64,000 nucleotides of DNA from an uncultured Nitrospinota bacterium (lineage in GTDB: Bacteria > Tectomicrobia > Entotheonellia > J063 > CAVPRW01), in NCBI GenBank assembly GCA_963707985.1, contig CAVPRW010000007.1, positions 32,001-96,000 of the forward strand, in the 5' to 3' direction. Made by a program: the position numbers and the translations under genes. Positions 21,918-31,700 of the stretch are shown piece after piece (positions within the stretch are counted from its first letter, which is position 1; each line of letters begins with the position of its first letter). Under the pieces are notes generated by a model. It did no database searches, was not told the origin of the DNA, and saw only the letters and a program-made list of their open reading frames with translations.

Positions 21918-21933
21918 TGGCATGTTATTTGCT
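21918..21933 (+). promoter_or_regulatory. Sigma54 -24/-12 promoter candidate
   Basis: TGGCATGTTATTTGCT with GG-N10-GC spacing, ~70 bp upstream of ATG 22002. Confidence 0.6.
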
Positions 21934-22001
21934 TACAAGTTGGGGTAATGACTGACATGCAGCACGATAGCCAACAACCCACAGGACAGGAGATCATTCC
22001 C

Positions 22002-22184
22002 ATGGCAACATCCCATGATGTGACATTGCTTGATGTCATTCAGGCGGTAAGCGAAGTTGCGGAGAACGATCGGGAGGTTATCGCCACGTTGGTACATCTG
22101 ATCAGCAGTGGCCAGGTGCGGCTCCGCGACGAAACGATCAAAGCGATACGGCATTTGGCATCCACCGTGACTGCGGCCGCGTAA
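22002..22184 (+). CDS. Small hypothetical protein (60 aa)
   Basis: AGGAG RBS; TLLDVIQAVSE...DREVIATLVHLISSGQVRL; sigma54 site upstream. Confidence 0.65.
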   Translation: MATSHDVTLLDVIQAVSEVAENDREVIATLVHLISSGQVRLRDETIKAIRHLASTVTAAA

Positions 22185-22321
22185 GGCACCGAAGAGGCAC
22201 ACACGTAGTGCTCCTGGGGTGTTGCCCATGATGAAGCCTGGCTCTGATGAGGCACATCGCAGCAGCGGGCCTGCCATGTTTCAGGGCAACTAGAGAGGAG
22301 TTGCTCGAATTGATGGCGAGG

Positions 22322-23086
22322 CTATTGGGGGTTTGGTTGCAACCTGTTCAGCGCCTCTTCGGCTGCCTTCCTGACGTCTTCATTTTCATCGCGTAAGGCC
22401 AGTTGCAGCCCTTGAATGGCCTGCTCCCCCCCAATCTCCGCCAAGGCTTCGACGGCAGTCTCGCGAATCCATGGCTCCTTATCCTGAAGGGCTTGCCTCA
22501 GTGCCACGATGGCCTGATCCCCTCCAGTCGTCGCCAAGCCAACCAAGGCCAGCGCGCGCGTCTCATCATCTTCAGCTTCAAGCAGCTCGCCCACCGAGGT
22601 ATCAGAGTTCGGCTCCAGCGCTTGAGGAGATGGATTCCCTGGGAAATTGTCTGCTCGTGGACGCGCCGGGGTCGGCTCTGCGACACGACCCGGGCCGGAG
22701 GATGGGCGTCCGGGGACAGAACCATCGTTCTTTAATGGAAAGACAAAAACCTTGGCCAATCGGGGCTGTTCTCCTGAAGAATCGTAGACAAATGCCCAAC
22801 TGGCAGGGGTAAGAGCCTTCTTTAACACTTCTTCCCAGGGTTTACCCTCGATCTCCATAGAGCGTCGCTCTTCCAGCGGACCACCAACAATGAGCTCAAA
22901 GTTGAGTTGTTTGGCCAACCCTTCGAGGATGCGTCGCTGTGAGATGTCTTGTGCTTTCAGAGTCACCATACCTGCCTCTGCATGGATGATGAATTCTGCC
23001 GGCTTCCCTCGACCTGGACCTGCCACAGCCATGGGCGAGAGAACAAGAAACCCGAACACAAGAAAATAGCCCAGAAGGTGGGTCAT
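22322..23086 (-). CDS. Exported protein: secretin N0/STN-like domain, Pro-rich linker, HEAT (PBS-lyase) repeats
   Basis: Signal peptide; VTLKAQD....ILEGLA...W.EVL..AL; repeats ALQDKEPWIRETAVEAL and ALRDENEDVRKAAEEAL. Confidence 0.75.
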   Translation of the reverse strand: MTHLLGYFLVFGFLVLSPMAVAGPGRGKPAEFIIHAEAGMVTLKAQDISQRRILEGLAKQLNFELIVGGPLEERRSMEIEGKPWEEVLKKALTPASWAFVYDSSGEQPRLAKVFVFPLKNDGSVPGRPSSGPGRVAEPTPARPRADNFPGNPSPQALEPNSDTSVGELLEAEDDETRALALVGLATTGGDQAIVALRQALQDKEPWIRETAVEALAEIGGEQAIQGLQLALRDENEDVRKAAEEALNRLQPNPQ

Positions 23087-23165
23087 CTTTCATTCTCCCT
23101 CATCCCGAGCAGATAACGCCGCACACAATGTCACCTCTTGGATTTCCGAGTTAAGATCCCTAAAT

Positions 23166-23193
23166 AATATAACGCTATTTTAGCGTGTGACAA
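23166..23193 (-). promoter_or_regulatory. Candidate sigma70 promoter with palindromic operator in the spacer
   Basis: TTGTCA-N16-TATATT on minus; ACGCTA-N3-TAGCGT at 23172-23186. Confidence 0.4.
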
Positions 23194-23311
23194 GTGCAGA
23201 TGGGGCTATCTGCCGTGTGAACTTTGAGTCAGCCCCGCTCCAACAACCTCTCGGTTGCTGGCCCCTCCAGCGGTCTGGACTATGCGATCAAGCCAGGCAT
23301 CGCGCTGCGTC

Positions 23312-24955
23312 CTACAACTCAATGTGAAAGCGCTCCAGCACAATACCTGTCGACTTCTCCCAGAGGACGATTGTCTTCTGATACTCGATGATGGCTCTCA
23401 GCTCATCGCGCTGCGCCACGTGCAAATTTTTCTGGGCCTCGATCATGTCCGTTACCGAGGCAACCCCTAACTCGAGGCCTTCTTGGGCCATGGCGAGTTT
23501 GCGCTCGGCCAAGTCTCGTAGCGCTCTGGCACCTTCAACCGCTCTCGATCTGTTAGTAATGCCTCGGGCCACTCTTTCGACCTCCAGTGCGATTTTTTGC
23601 TCCAAGGACTGTAAGGACATCCTGGCCTTTTCCACCTCTAACCGCGATTTTGCCACCTCGCTCCTGGCCATTTGATTGCCAAGGGGGATCTGCACGCTCA
23701 ACCCCACTTTGTAGGACATGAAGTCCCCTGAAACTAATTTTCCCAGGGCTGCACCATACCCTCCTTCATAGGTGCTGGTGCCTGAGCCATCCGGCAGGAG
23801 ACTCGATATCGGCACCCCCCCCACTGTAGTCGTGTTGAATAGATTAGGGGTAGGATAGCCGCTCAGACCACTCAGGCCAATGCTCCCAATGAAGTTCAGT
23901 TCTGGCATCCGCTGGTTTCTGGCAAAGCGTTCACCCAACACCCTATTGTCTTGGTCAAGCCTTGCCTCAGAAAGCTCAGGACGCTTTGCCAGCGCACTCT
24001 TCACGCCCTCTTCTAGGGAGACGAGATGGGACTCGATGTGAGGGGTATCAGTGGGCACAAGTGTATATTCAGCGGGCTCTATCAGCCGACTAAGATTGAG
24101 GAGAGACTTGAGATGCGCTTGGGCGTCCTCAGAGGAGTTCTCGGCAGCGACAAGGTCGATCTCACGCTCGAGCACAGCCGTTTTGGCCTGCAGGAGAGCA
24201 ATCGCGGGCAAGCGCCCTTGGGAAATCATCTCGGTAGTGCGTTTTTGAAGATGCCGAGCCACCTCTAGAGAATGACGCCTGGTAACTACATCGTTCGCTG
24301 CCAGGACTAGATCCCAATAGGTCTGTTGCACGTCGACAACTAGGTTCATGACCAACACCTTGAGGTGATATTTTGAGATCTCCATGTTGTTCTCGGCTAC
24401 TTTGATACGCACCCCGTTGATGCCGATGCCGAAGTTTTTTAGCAGGGGATGGGTCAAGGTCAGGGCGAGCTCTGCCGTATATTGCGGATCATAGAGCTGG
24501 AACACCGAGTTGGTCTCGAAACGCTTGTTCCGGAAGTCGAGGGACACTAGGCCTCCGGTGATGCTCCGCATCGATACGCCGGTGTTCAACTCGAGGTTTT
24601 CGGTCTCGAGCACTTGCGCACCCGCTAACACAGAGCCCGCGACCCTCAGGGACCGATCGGTACTGGCCTCCAAGCCAACCCTCGGGGAGAAAAAGGCTCC
24701 AGCTTCCCTCCGTATCTCTTCTTCTCGGATCAGCGGACTCAGGCGTTCGACTTTGAGGTCCACACTGTTCTGCAGTGCTAGCATAACACTTTGCACCAGA
24801 GAGATCGGCAGCGCCGTGGCCGCTCCCCCCGGCTCAGCTCGATCTGGTGTGGCATGGGCGGGCGTGCGCGGCAACATCCATGGGTGCAGACCTACGAATG
24901 TCACGAAGAACGCGAGGAGCCATCGGGGACTGGATACACGAATGGTTTTGCACAT
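23312..24955 (-). CDS. TolC-family outer-membrane efflux protein
   Basis: Signal peptide; two OEP repeats (LTHPLLKNFG..VQQTYWDL; VGLSVQIPLGN..GVASVTDMIEAQ). Confidence 0.9.
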   Translation of the reverse strand: MCKTIRVSSPRWLLAFFVTFVGLHPWMLPRTPAHATPDRAEPGGAATALPISLVQSVMLALQNSVDLKVERLSPLIREEEIRREAGAFFSPRVGLEASTDRSLRVAGSVLAGAQVLETENLELNTGVSMRSITGGLVSLDFRNKRFETNSVFQLYDPQYTAELALTLTHPLLKNFGIGINGVRIKVAENNMEISKYHLKVLVMNLVVDVQQTYWDLVLAANDVVTRRHSLEVARHLQKRTTEMISQGRLPAIALLQAKTAVLEREIDLVAAENSSEDAQAHLKSLLNLSRLIEPAEYTLVPTDTPHIESHLVSLEEGVKSALAKRPELSEARLDQDNRVLGERFARNQRMPELNFIGSIGLSGLSGYPTPNLFNTTTVGGVPISSLLPDGSGTSTYEGGYGAALGKLVSGDFMSYKVGLSVQIPLGNQMARSEVAKSRLEVEKARMSLQSLEQKIALEVERVARGITNRSRAVEGARALRDLAERKLAMAQEGLELGVASVTDMIEAQKNLHVAQRDELRAIIEYQKTIVLWEKSTGIVLERFHIEL

Positions 24956-25145
24956 GGTTACCTCCCACTTCGAAGATCATGGGCACGAACGACTCATACT
25001 GACTCGTGCCATAGACTGTCATGGCCTGAGGTTTGTTCGACGTGTCCTATCAACTGGCGCCGGGCCGGTCGTGCGGACGCGCCCGTGATAAAGGTCCGCT
25101 TTTTGCCCGAAGGAAATACGACAGACGCGGCAATTTTAATCATTC

Positions 25146-25174
25146 TTGACAAATATTAACTTTAACATTACATT
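25146..25174 (+). promoter_or_regulatory. Candidate sigma70 promoter for the PKS operon
   Basis: TTGACA-N17-TACATT in an AT-rich patch ~600 bp upstream of the PKS start. Confidence 0.55.
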
Positions 25175-25776
25175 AGTACCCCTGAAATATCATTTCTTAT
25201 CTAGCATTTCTAAAGTGAGTGTAGGTTGCTTCTGCTGTAATAGTCCCTCTTGAGGTCTTTCTGCCAAAGATCGGTTCGTCGCACTGGTGATGCCTAACGC
25301 ACTGCTCAAAAACAGGTTGAAGGCCAAGAGTGTTACCAGGCGAACGAGGGCGAGGTTTGGTCGTTTCCTCTGCTAATTGAAGATGGGTCAGTGTGCGCAA
25401 TGGGCCTCGTAGGCCCAGCGATCGAGATCCGGCATTGTGTTCTCTCGCAGATTTCAGGTGAGAGTTGCCCGGCAACCACCGACACCAAACTGAGTGCTGT
25501 ACGGGCATGGTGCAGCTTGAGGTCACTCGCTGTATTGGTCGCCGATGCTAGACATCCGGACGGCTGGAAGCCAAGAGGACGCAGGATGAGGGCGGACAAT
25601 GGAACACGCTGGATCCTGTCAGATGAGCAGCCGAAGAGCATGCTGAAGAAAGCTTCCGGAGGATGGTCCGGCGATGACGCTGTCTCAGGGAATGTACATC
25701 CCTGATGACGTACCACGCATCACGCGGAAGCACGAGGTCCGATTTTTCGAGCCCAGAACATGCGAGGAGTCATACG

Positions 25777-28700
25777 ATGCCAAATTTTCAGGTTATCGCT
25801 CTCACTCTACCAGGCCAGCCCGACCCAGCGGTGGCTATCGCCGCGACACGAGCCGGTGGATGGGGAGTTCTCGATTTGGAATATAGCAAAGACAGGCATT
25901 TGGCCGTTGACTCGATCACGCAACTGTGTCGCTATGCCAAGGGTGAGTGTGGGATCAAGCTCGATAGCTCTAACACGAAGTTCTGCCAGGAAGTCATCAC
26001 TGACGCCGCCGAGGGGATTCAGGTCGTCATCTTGACGTTCAGCGCCGAACACCAACTGCGGAGGCAGGTAAGCGCTCTACATCGTCGCCAGCTCAAAGTT
26101 TTGTTGGAAACAACCTCTTGGGAGCAGGCCAAAGTAGGACAGTCGATCGGAGTAGACGGCATCATCGCCAAGGGACACGAGGCAGGCGGACGAATAGGAG
26201 AGGAAACAACCTTTATCCTCCTGCAGAACATCATCAAGCATAGCCCTTTGCCGGTCTTCGCCCACGGGGGAGTGGGATTGCATACCGTCGGCGCGTGTTA
26301 TGCCGCGGGGGCGGCTGGCGCGGTCCTGGACTGGCAACTGGCGCTGAGTAAAGAATCGGCACTGCCAGAAACGGTTAGAGCCAGGCTGGCCCTCGTGGAT
26401 GGCAGCGAGACCATCTGTTTGGGGAACGCTCTTGATGAGAGCTACAGAATCTATGCGCGCCCCGGTCTTCCCGTAGTGGCTCGGGCGCAGCAAGCTGAGC
26501 GCGAGCTGGCAGAGGACAGGAGTCTACGGGGGCCAGATGTCCTCACCCGCTGGCGTGAGAGGATTCGTCGGGACGTTGGGTGTGATGCCGTCGATGAACA
26601 CTTATTCCTGATGAGCCAGGACGCCGCCTTTGCGGAACCGCTGGCCAAGCAATTTGTCACCACTGGGCGGATGGTCCAGGCCATCCAGCAGGCGATTGAT
26701 TCCCACTGCCAGGCTGCCCAACAGTGGCGCCCATTCGACGAAGGCTCTTCCCTAGCCCAGTCCCATGGCACCCGCTACCCGATCATTCAGGGGGCCATGA
26801 CCCGCGTCAGTGATGATGCTGAATTTGCTCGGGCGGTGGCCGATGGGGGGGCCCTGCCTTTTCTCGCCCTGGCACTGATGCGCAAGGCGGACGTTGAGCC
26901 TCTGCTGGCCGAGACCAGAGATCTTCTTGGGGACAAGCCCTGGGGCGTTGGCATTCTGGGTTTTGTACCTCTGGAACTGCGTCAGGAACAGATGGAAGCG
27001 ATCCGTGCCTATCGCCCCCCGTTTGCCTTGATTGCAGGAGGGCGCCCCGACCAGGCGAGAGCGCTAGAGCAAGATGGTATTGTCACCTATCTGCATGTCC
27101 CCTCGCCAAAGCTCTTGGAGATGTTCCTCCAGGATGGGGCGACCCGATTTGTCTTTGAAGGGAGAGAATGTGGCGGACATGTGGGGCCGCGCACCAGCTT
27201 TGTGCTGTGGGAGCAGATGAATGAAGAGATCATCAGATTTCTCGCCTCGAAAAGCAGGGCAGAGGCAACCGCGTACCATGTCATTTTCGCCGGAGGTATC
27301 CACGATGCGCTCTCAGCCTCCATGGTCGCTGCCATCGCCGCACCTTTAGCAGAGCTCGGGGTACGCGTCGGGATCTCCATGGGCACCGGTTATATCTTCA
27401 CCACCGAGGCGGTGTCTACTGGGGCCATTGTCCGAGCCTTCCAGGAGGAAGCGCTCAAGTCCCAATCGACAGTCTTGTTCGAAACAGGCCCTGGCCACGC
27501 GATCCGTTGTGCTGATACCCCCTATCGAGAGCTATTCAACCAGGAGAAACGGCGTCTGTATGCTGAGGGCAAGCCATTTGAAGAAGTCCGGGTCACACTT
27601 GAGTTCATGAACTTAGGCCGTCTGCGCATCGCCTCGAAAGGCATCGCCCAAAATTCCGAGTATCGCCAGAATCCCCAGGCGCCAAGATTCGTCAGCGTCA
27701 ACGAAGAGGATCAGTATCGCCAAGGCATGTACATGCTTGGCCAGGTGGCAGGCCTACGCCACGAGGTCTGCACCATTGCAGAGCTGCATCATAGCGTGAC
27801 GATCGAGGCCACCAGGCGAGTTGAACAGCTAGCCCCCTTACAAGTTCCAGAAAGCAGTGCTGAGGACAGGCGTCAGCCCTCCGACATTGCCATCATTGGT
27901 ATGGCTTGCCTGCTCCCCAAGGCCTCCAATGTCCAAACATACTGGGAAAATATTCTGAATAAAGTTGATGCCATTACTGAAATCCCCAAGGATCGCTGGG
28001 ACTGGGAACTGTACTATGACGCCAACAGGCTCGCTCGAGACAAAATCTATTCAAGGTGGGGGGGATTCCTTGACGAGGTGCACTTTGATCCTCTGCAGTA
28101 TGGCATTCCTCCGAACTCTCTGCGCTCAATTGAGCCGCTGCATCTGCTCACCCTGGAAGTGGTGCGAGCGGCCCTGAAAGACGCTGGTTACCTCGATCGT
28201 CCCTTCCCCAGAGAGCGGACGTCAGTGATTCTCGGCGCCGGTGGCGGCGCCGACTTAGGTGGGCGCTATGGGTTCCGCTCGATGCTGCCGTACTTTCTGC
28301 ATCATACCGCGAATGGCTCTGGAGAACGGGAAAAGATCGTGCAGGAGCTCAGCGAGGTGCTCCCTGAATGGACGGAGGACTCGTTCGCGGGCATCCTAAC
28401 GAATGTCGCGGCGGGCCGGGTGGCCAATCGCTTTGACCTCGGCGGTCGAAACTTCACGGTGGATGCGGCGTGTGCCGCCTCGTTGGCGGCTGTCGATTTG
28501 GCCGTGCGGGAACTAGAAGAGGGCAGTAGCGATATGGTCGTGGTTGGCGGTGCCGATACCATGCAGAACCCCTTCGCATACCTCTGCTTCAGTAAAACCC
28601 ATGCCCTCTCTCCCCGAGGGCACTGCCACACATTTGATGATAGCTCGGACGGTATTGCCATTAGCGAAGGCATTGCCATGATCATCCTGAAGCGCCTGGC

Positions 28701-31700
28701 CGACGCTGAGCGCGACGGTGACCGCATCTATGCGGTGATCAAAGGCGTCGGTGGTTCGAGCGATGGCAAGGACAAAGGCCTCACTGCACCACGCCCAGAG
28801 GGGCAGATGCGAGCACTGACGCGAGCCTATGCCAAGGCGCATGTGTCTCCAGCGACGGTAGAGCTCATCGAGGCACATGGTACGGGGACCGCGGTTGGAG
28901 ATCAGGCTGAAGTCGCCTCCTTGAGCCAGGTGTTCAGCGCTGCTGGAGCGGCACCTCAGAGTTGTGGGATCGGCTCCGTCAAGTCGATGATCGGGCATAC
29001 CAAGTGTACTGCCGGGGTCGCCAGTGTGATCAAAATCGCCCTGGCGCTGCACCATAAAGTGCTGCCCCCTACGATCAACGTTGAGAAGCCCAACACGCGG
29101 GCCAACTTTCCTGCCACGCCTTTCTACGTCAACACCGAGGCTCGACCCTGGATCAGAAAACAGTTGGATGTTCCCCGCCGTGCGGGGGTCAGCGCCTTTG
29201 GCTTCGGCGGTACCAACTTCCATGCGGTGCTTGAAGAGTATACCGGTAATTACCAGGAGGACTCCACAAGGCATGCCTCCACTCGTTGGCCTAGCGAGCT
29301 TTTCCTGTGGAGGGCACAGTCACCACGGGCCCTTGTCGACGCCATGGCTCCCCTCGCAAAGGCTCTCGCCTCTGCCACCACCGAGGCTGAATTGTCTCAG
29401 CTAGCCTATACCGCGCATGGGTTGTACAGCCAACAACTGCCGGGTGACGGCCCCCAACTCCATCTGGCCATCGTGGCCACATCTGTGCAGGACCTGCAGG
29501 ATAAAATGGCCCGTGCTCGCGAGACGTTGAGCGACCCCGATAGTCCGCAAATCGTCGACCCCCGCGGCGTGTATTACACAGCCCAACCGATGGCGCTAGA
29601 AGGTAAGGTGGCCTTCCTCTTTCCAGGACAAGGCTCGCAACAGCTCAACATGGTGAAGGACCTGGCGCTGCAATTCCATACCATACGTGCCAGCCTTGAA
29701 CAGGCCAACGATGCGCTGCAAGATGTCCTGAATTGCTCTTTGAGCCGTTACATTTTCCCACCTCCCACCTTCACTAAGGATGAAGAAGAAGCGGCAAGAG
29801 CAGCATTGACCGATACACGCATCGCTCAGCCGGCACTTGGGGCAATCGAAGGTGGCCTTTTCCACCTGTTACGTTCGTTCGGGGTGCAGCCGGATTTCGT
29901 GGCCGGGCACAGCTATGGCGAATATGTAGCCCTGTACGCCGCCGGGGTACTAAACGTCAAGGATTTTATGCACCTCTCCGAGGCACGTGGTCGTTTCATC
30001 GCCGAGAGCGTGGGAGAAGACCCCGGCGCCATGGCAGCGGTCGAGTGCAACGCAGCAACGGTTGAGGAGCTCATCGGGGATATCGCAGATGTGGGAATAG
30101 CCAACTTCAACTCGCCCAGCCAGACGATCATCTCAGGGAGACGTGCATCCGTTGAAGCAGCCGTGGCCAAGCTCAGCGCTCGAGGAAAGCGCGCCAAGCA
30201 GATCCCCGTCGCCTGTGCTTTTCACTCACCGCTGATGGTGCCGGCACAGAAGCCACTGGCTGAGTTCCTCTCGTCTCTGCAGCTGAGCACACCTCAGGTC
30301 CCGATCTTCTCGAACACCACGGCTGAACCATATCCCAAGGCCCCTAAAGCCATCGCCCGTCGGTTAGTCGAACACCTCGTGCAACCCGTGAAATTCCTGC
30401 CACAGGTAGAGGCACTCTATGAGGCTGGAGCACGCATCTTCATCGAGGTGGGGCCGGGGGCTGTACTAACCAATCGAGTCGGCGAAATCTTCGCGGATCG
30501 GTCTCATCTCCGGTTAGCGTGCGATCAGCCTGGCCGCTCAGCCCTGATACAGCTGCAGCATCTGTTGGGACAGCTAGCAGCGCATGGCATTCCCGTGCGA
30601 TTAGATCCCCTATTTGCCGGCAGGGCCTTGGAGAAACTCAGCCTCAGCGCCTCGCCCACAACCACTAACAGCAGAGCACACTCGCCTATCACCTGGGTGG
30701 TGAATGGCACGAGCGCAAAACCGTTGGCCGAAACGGTGACACCCAAGGCCATGCTCAAATCTGAGCCATTACAGGTGCCGGTTGATTCTCAGCCCAGCGT
30801 CTCGAGCGCCAACATGCACCCGCAACGCATCGCCCCAAGGCGTATCGCCGGGGCCTCCACTTCACAGGTTGCAGCAGAGAGGGCAGAGGCTCCGGTGCCG
30901 GCTCCTGAGGTCACGCCATCCGGAGATGAAACAACCAGAGGATCAAGGGATGAGCCCGAGCGCAAGGACATATCCCCATCACCGGCCTTCCCCCCGCCGG
31001 TCCTCCCTCTCGCTCAGTCAGCGGCCAGATGGGGACAACTGCCACTTGCAACCCCAGTTGCGTCTCAAAACGATGTCGTGCAGGTAATGAACGGATTTCA
31101 GGATCTCATGCGGCAGTTCTTAGATACCCAAAAAAGCGTTATGCAGACTTTCCTGCAGAGCTATGCAGACGAGGCGGCGCCGATCGCAGCGCAACAGTTA
31201 AGCTTCCCACCGCAACAACGCCTCAGCACAGCCAATCAGCCGAGTCCGAGTCTGCCTCCACCCGAGGCAGCTGCTGTAAACAGGACCCAGACCCTAAGCT
31301 TGTCTCCATTGCAAAGCGGTCCCATCTCTCAATCGAGAAGTCTATCGCCTGAGGTGGTGGTCTCCGAGCTGGTTCCGCCCGAGTGGGAGTCACGGACAGA
31401 GCTCGAGGCGCGCGAAGTAACAGCTACGTCTTCCCTCTTGCCGGTGACCGGTCTGTCTCAGCCCGTGAGGCCAGACATCCCCGACCGGGAGGGATTAACG
31501 GCTCGCCTCGTGGCGATCGTCAGCGAGCGGACAGGTTATCCGCCAGAAATGCTTGATTTGGACTTGGATCTGGAGGCAGACCTAGGCATCGATTCCATTA
31601 AGCGCATCGAAATTCTTGGTAACTATCAGAAATCCTTTGACTTCACGGCCGACGAGGACATCGCTGTCATCATGGAGGAATTGGCCAAGATCAAGACCCT

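Noticed and set aside
24995..25012. Sigma54 promoter for tolC (TGGCACG on minus)
   Set aside because: No GC at the -12 position.
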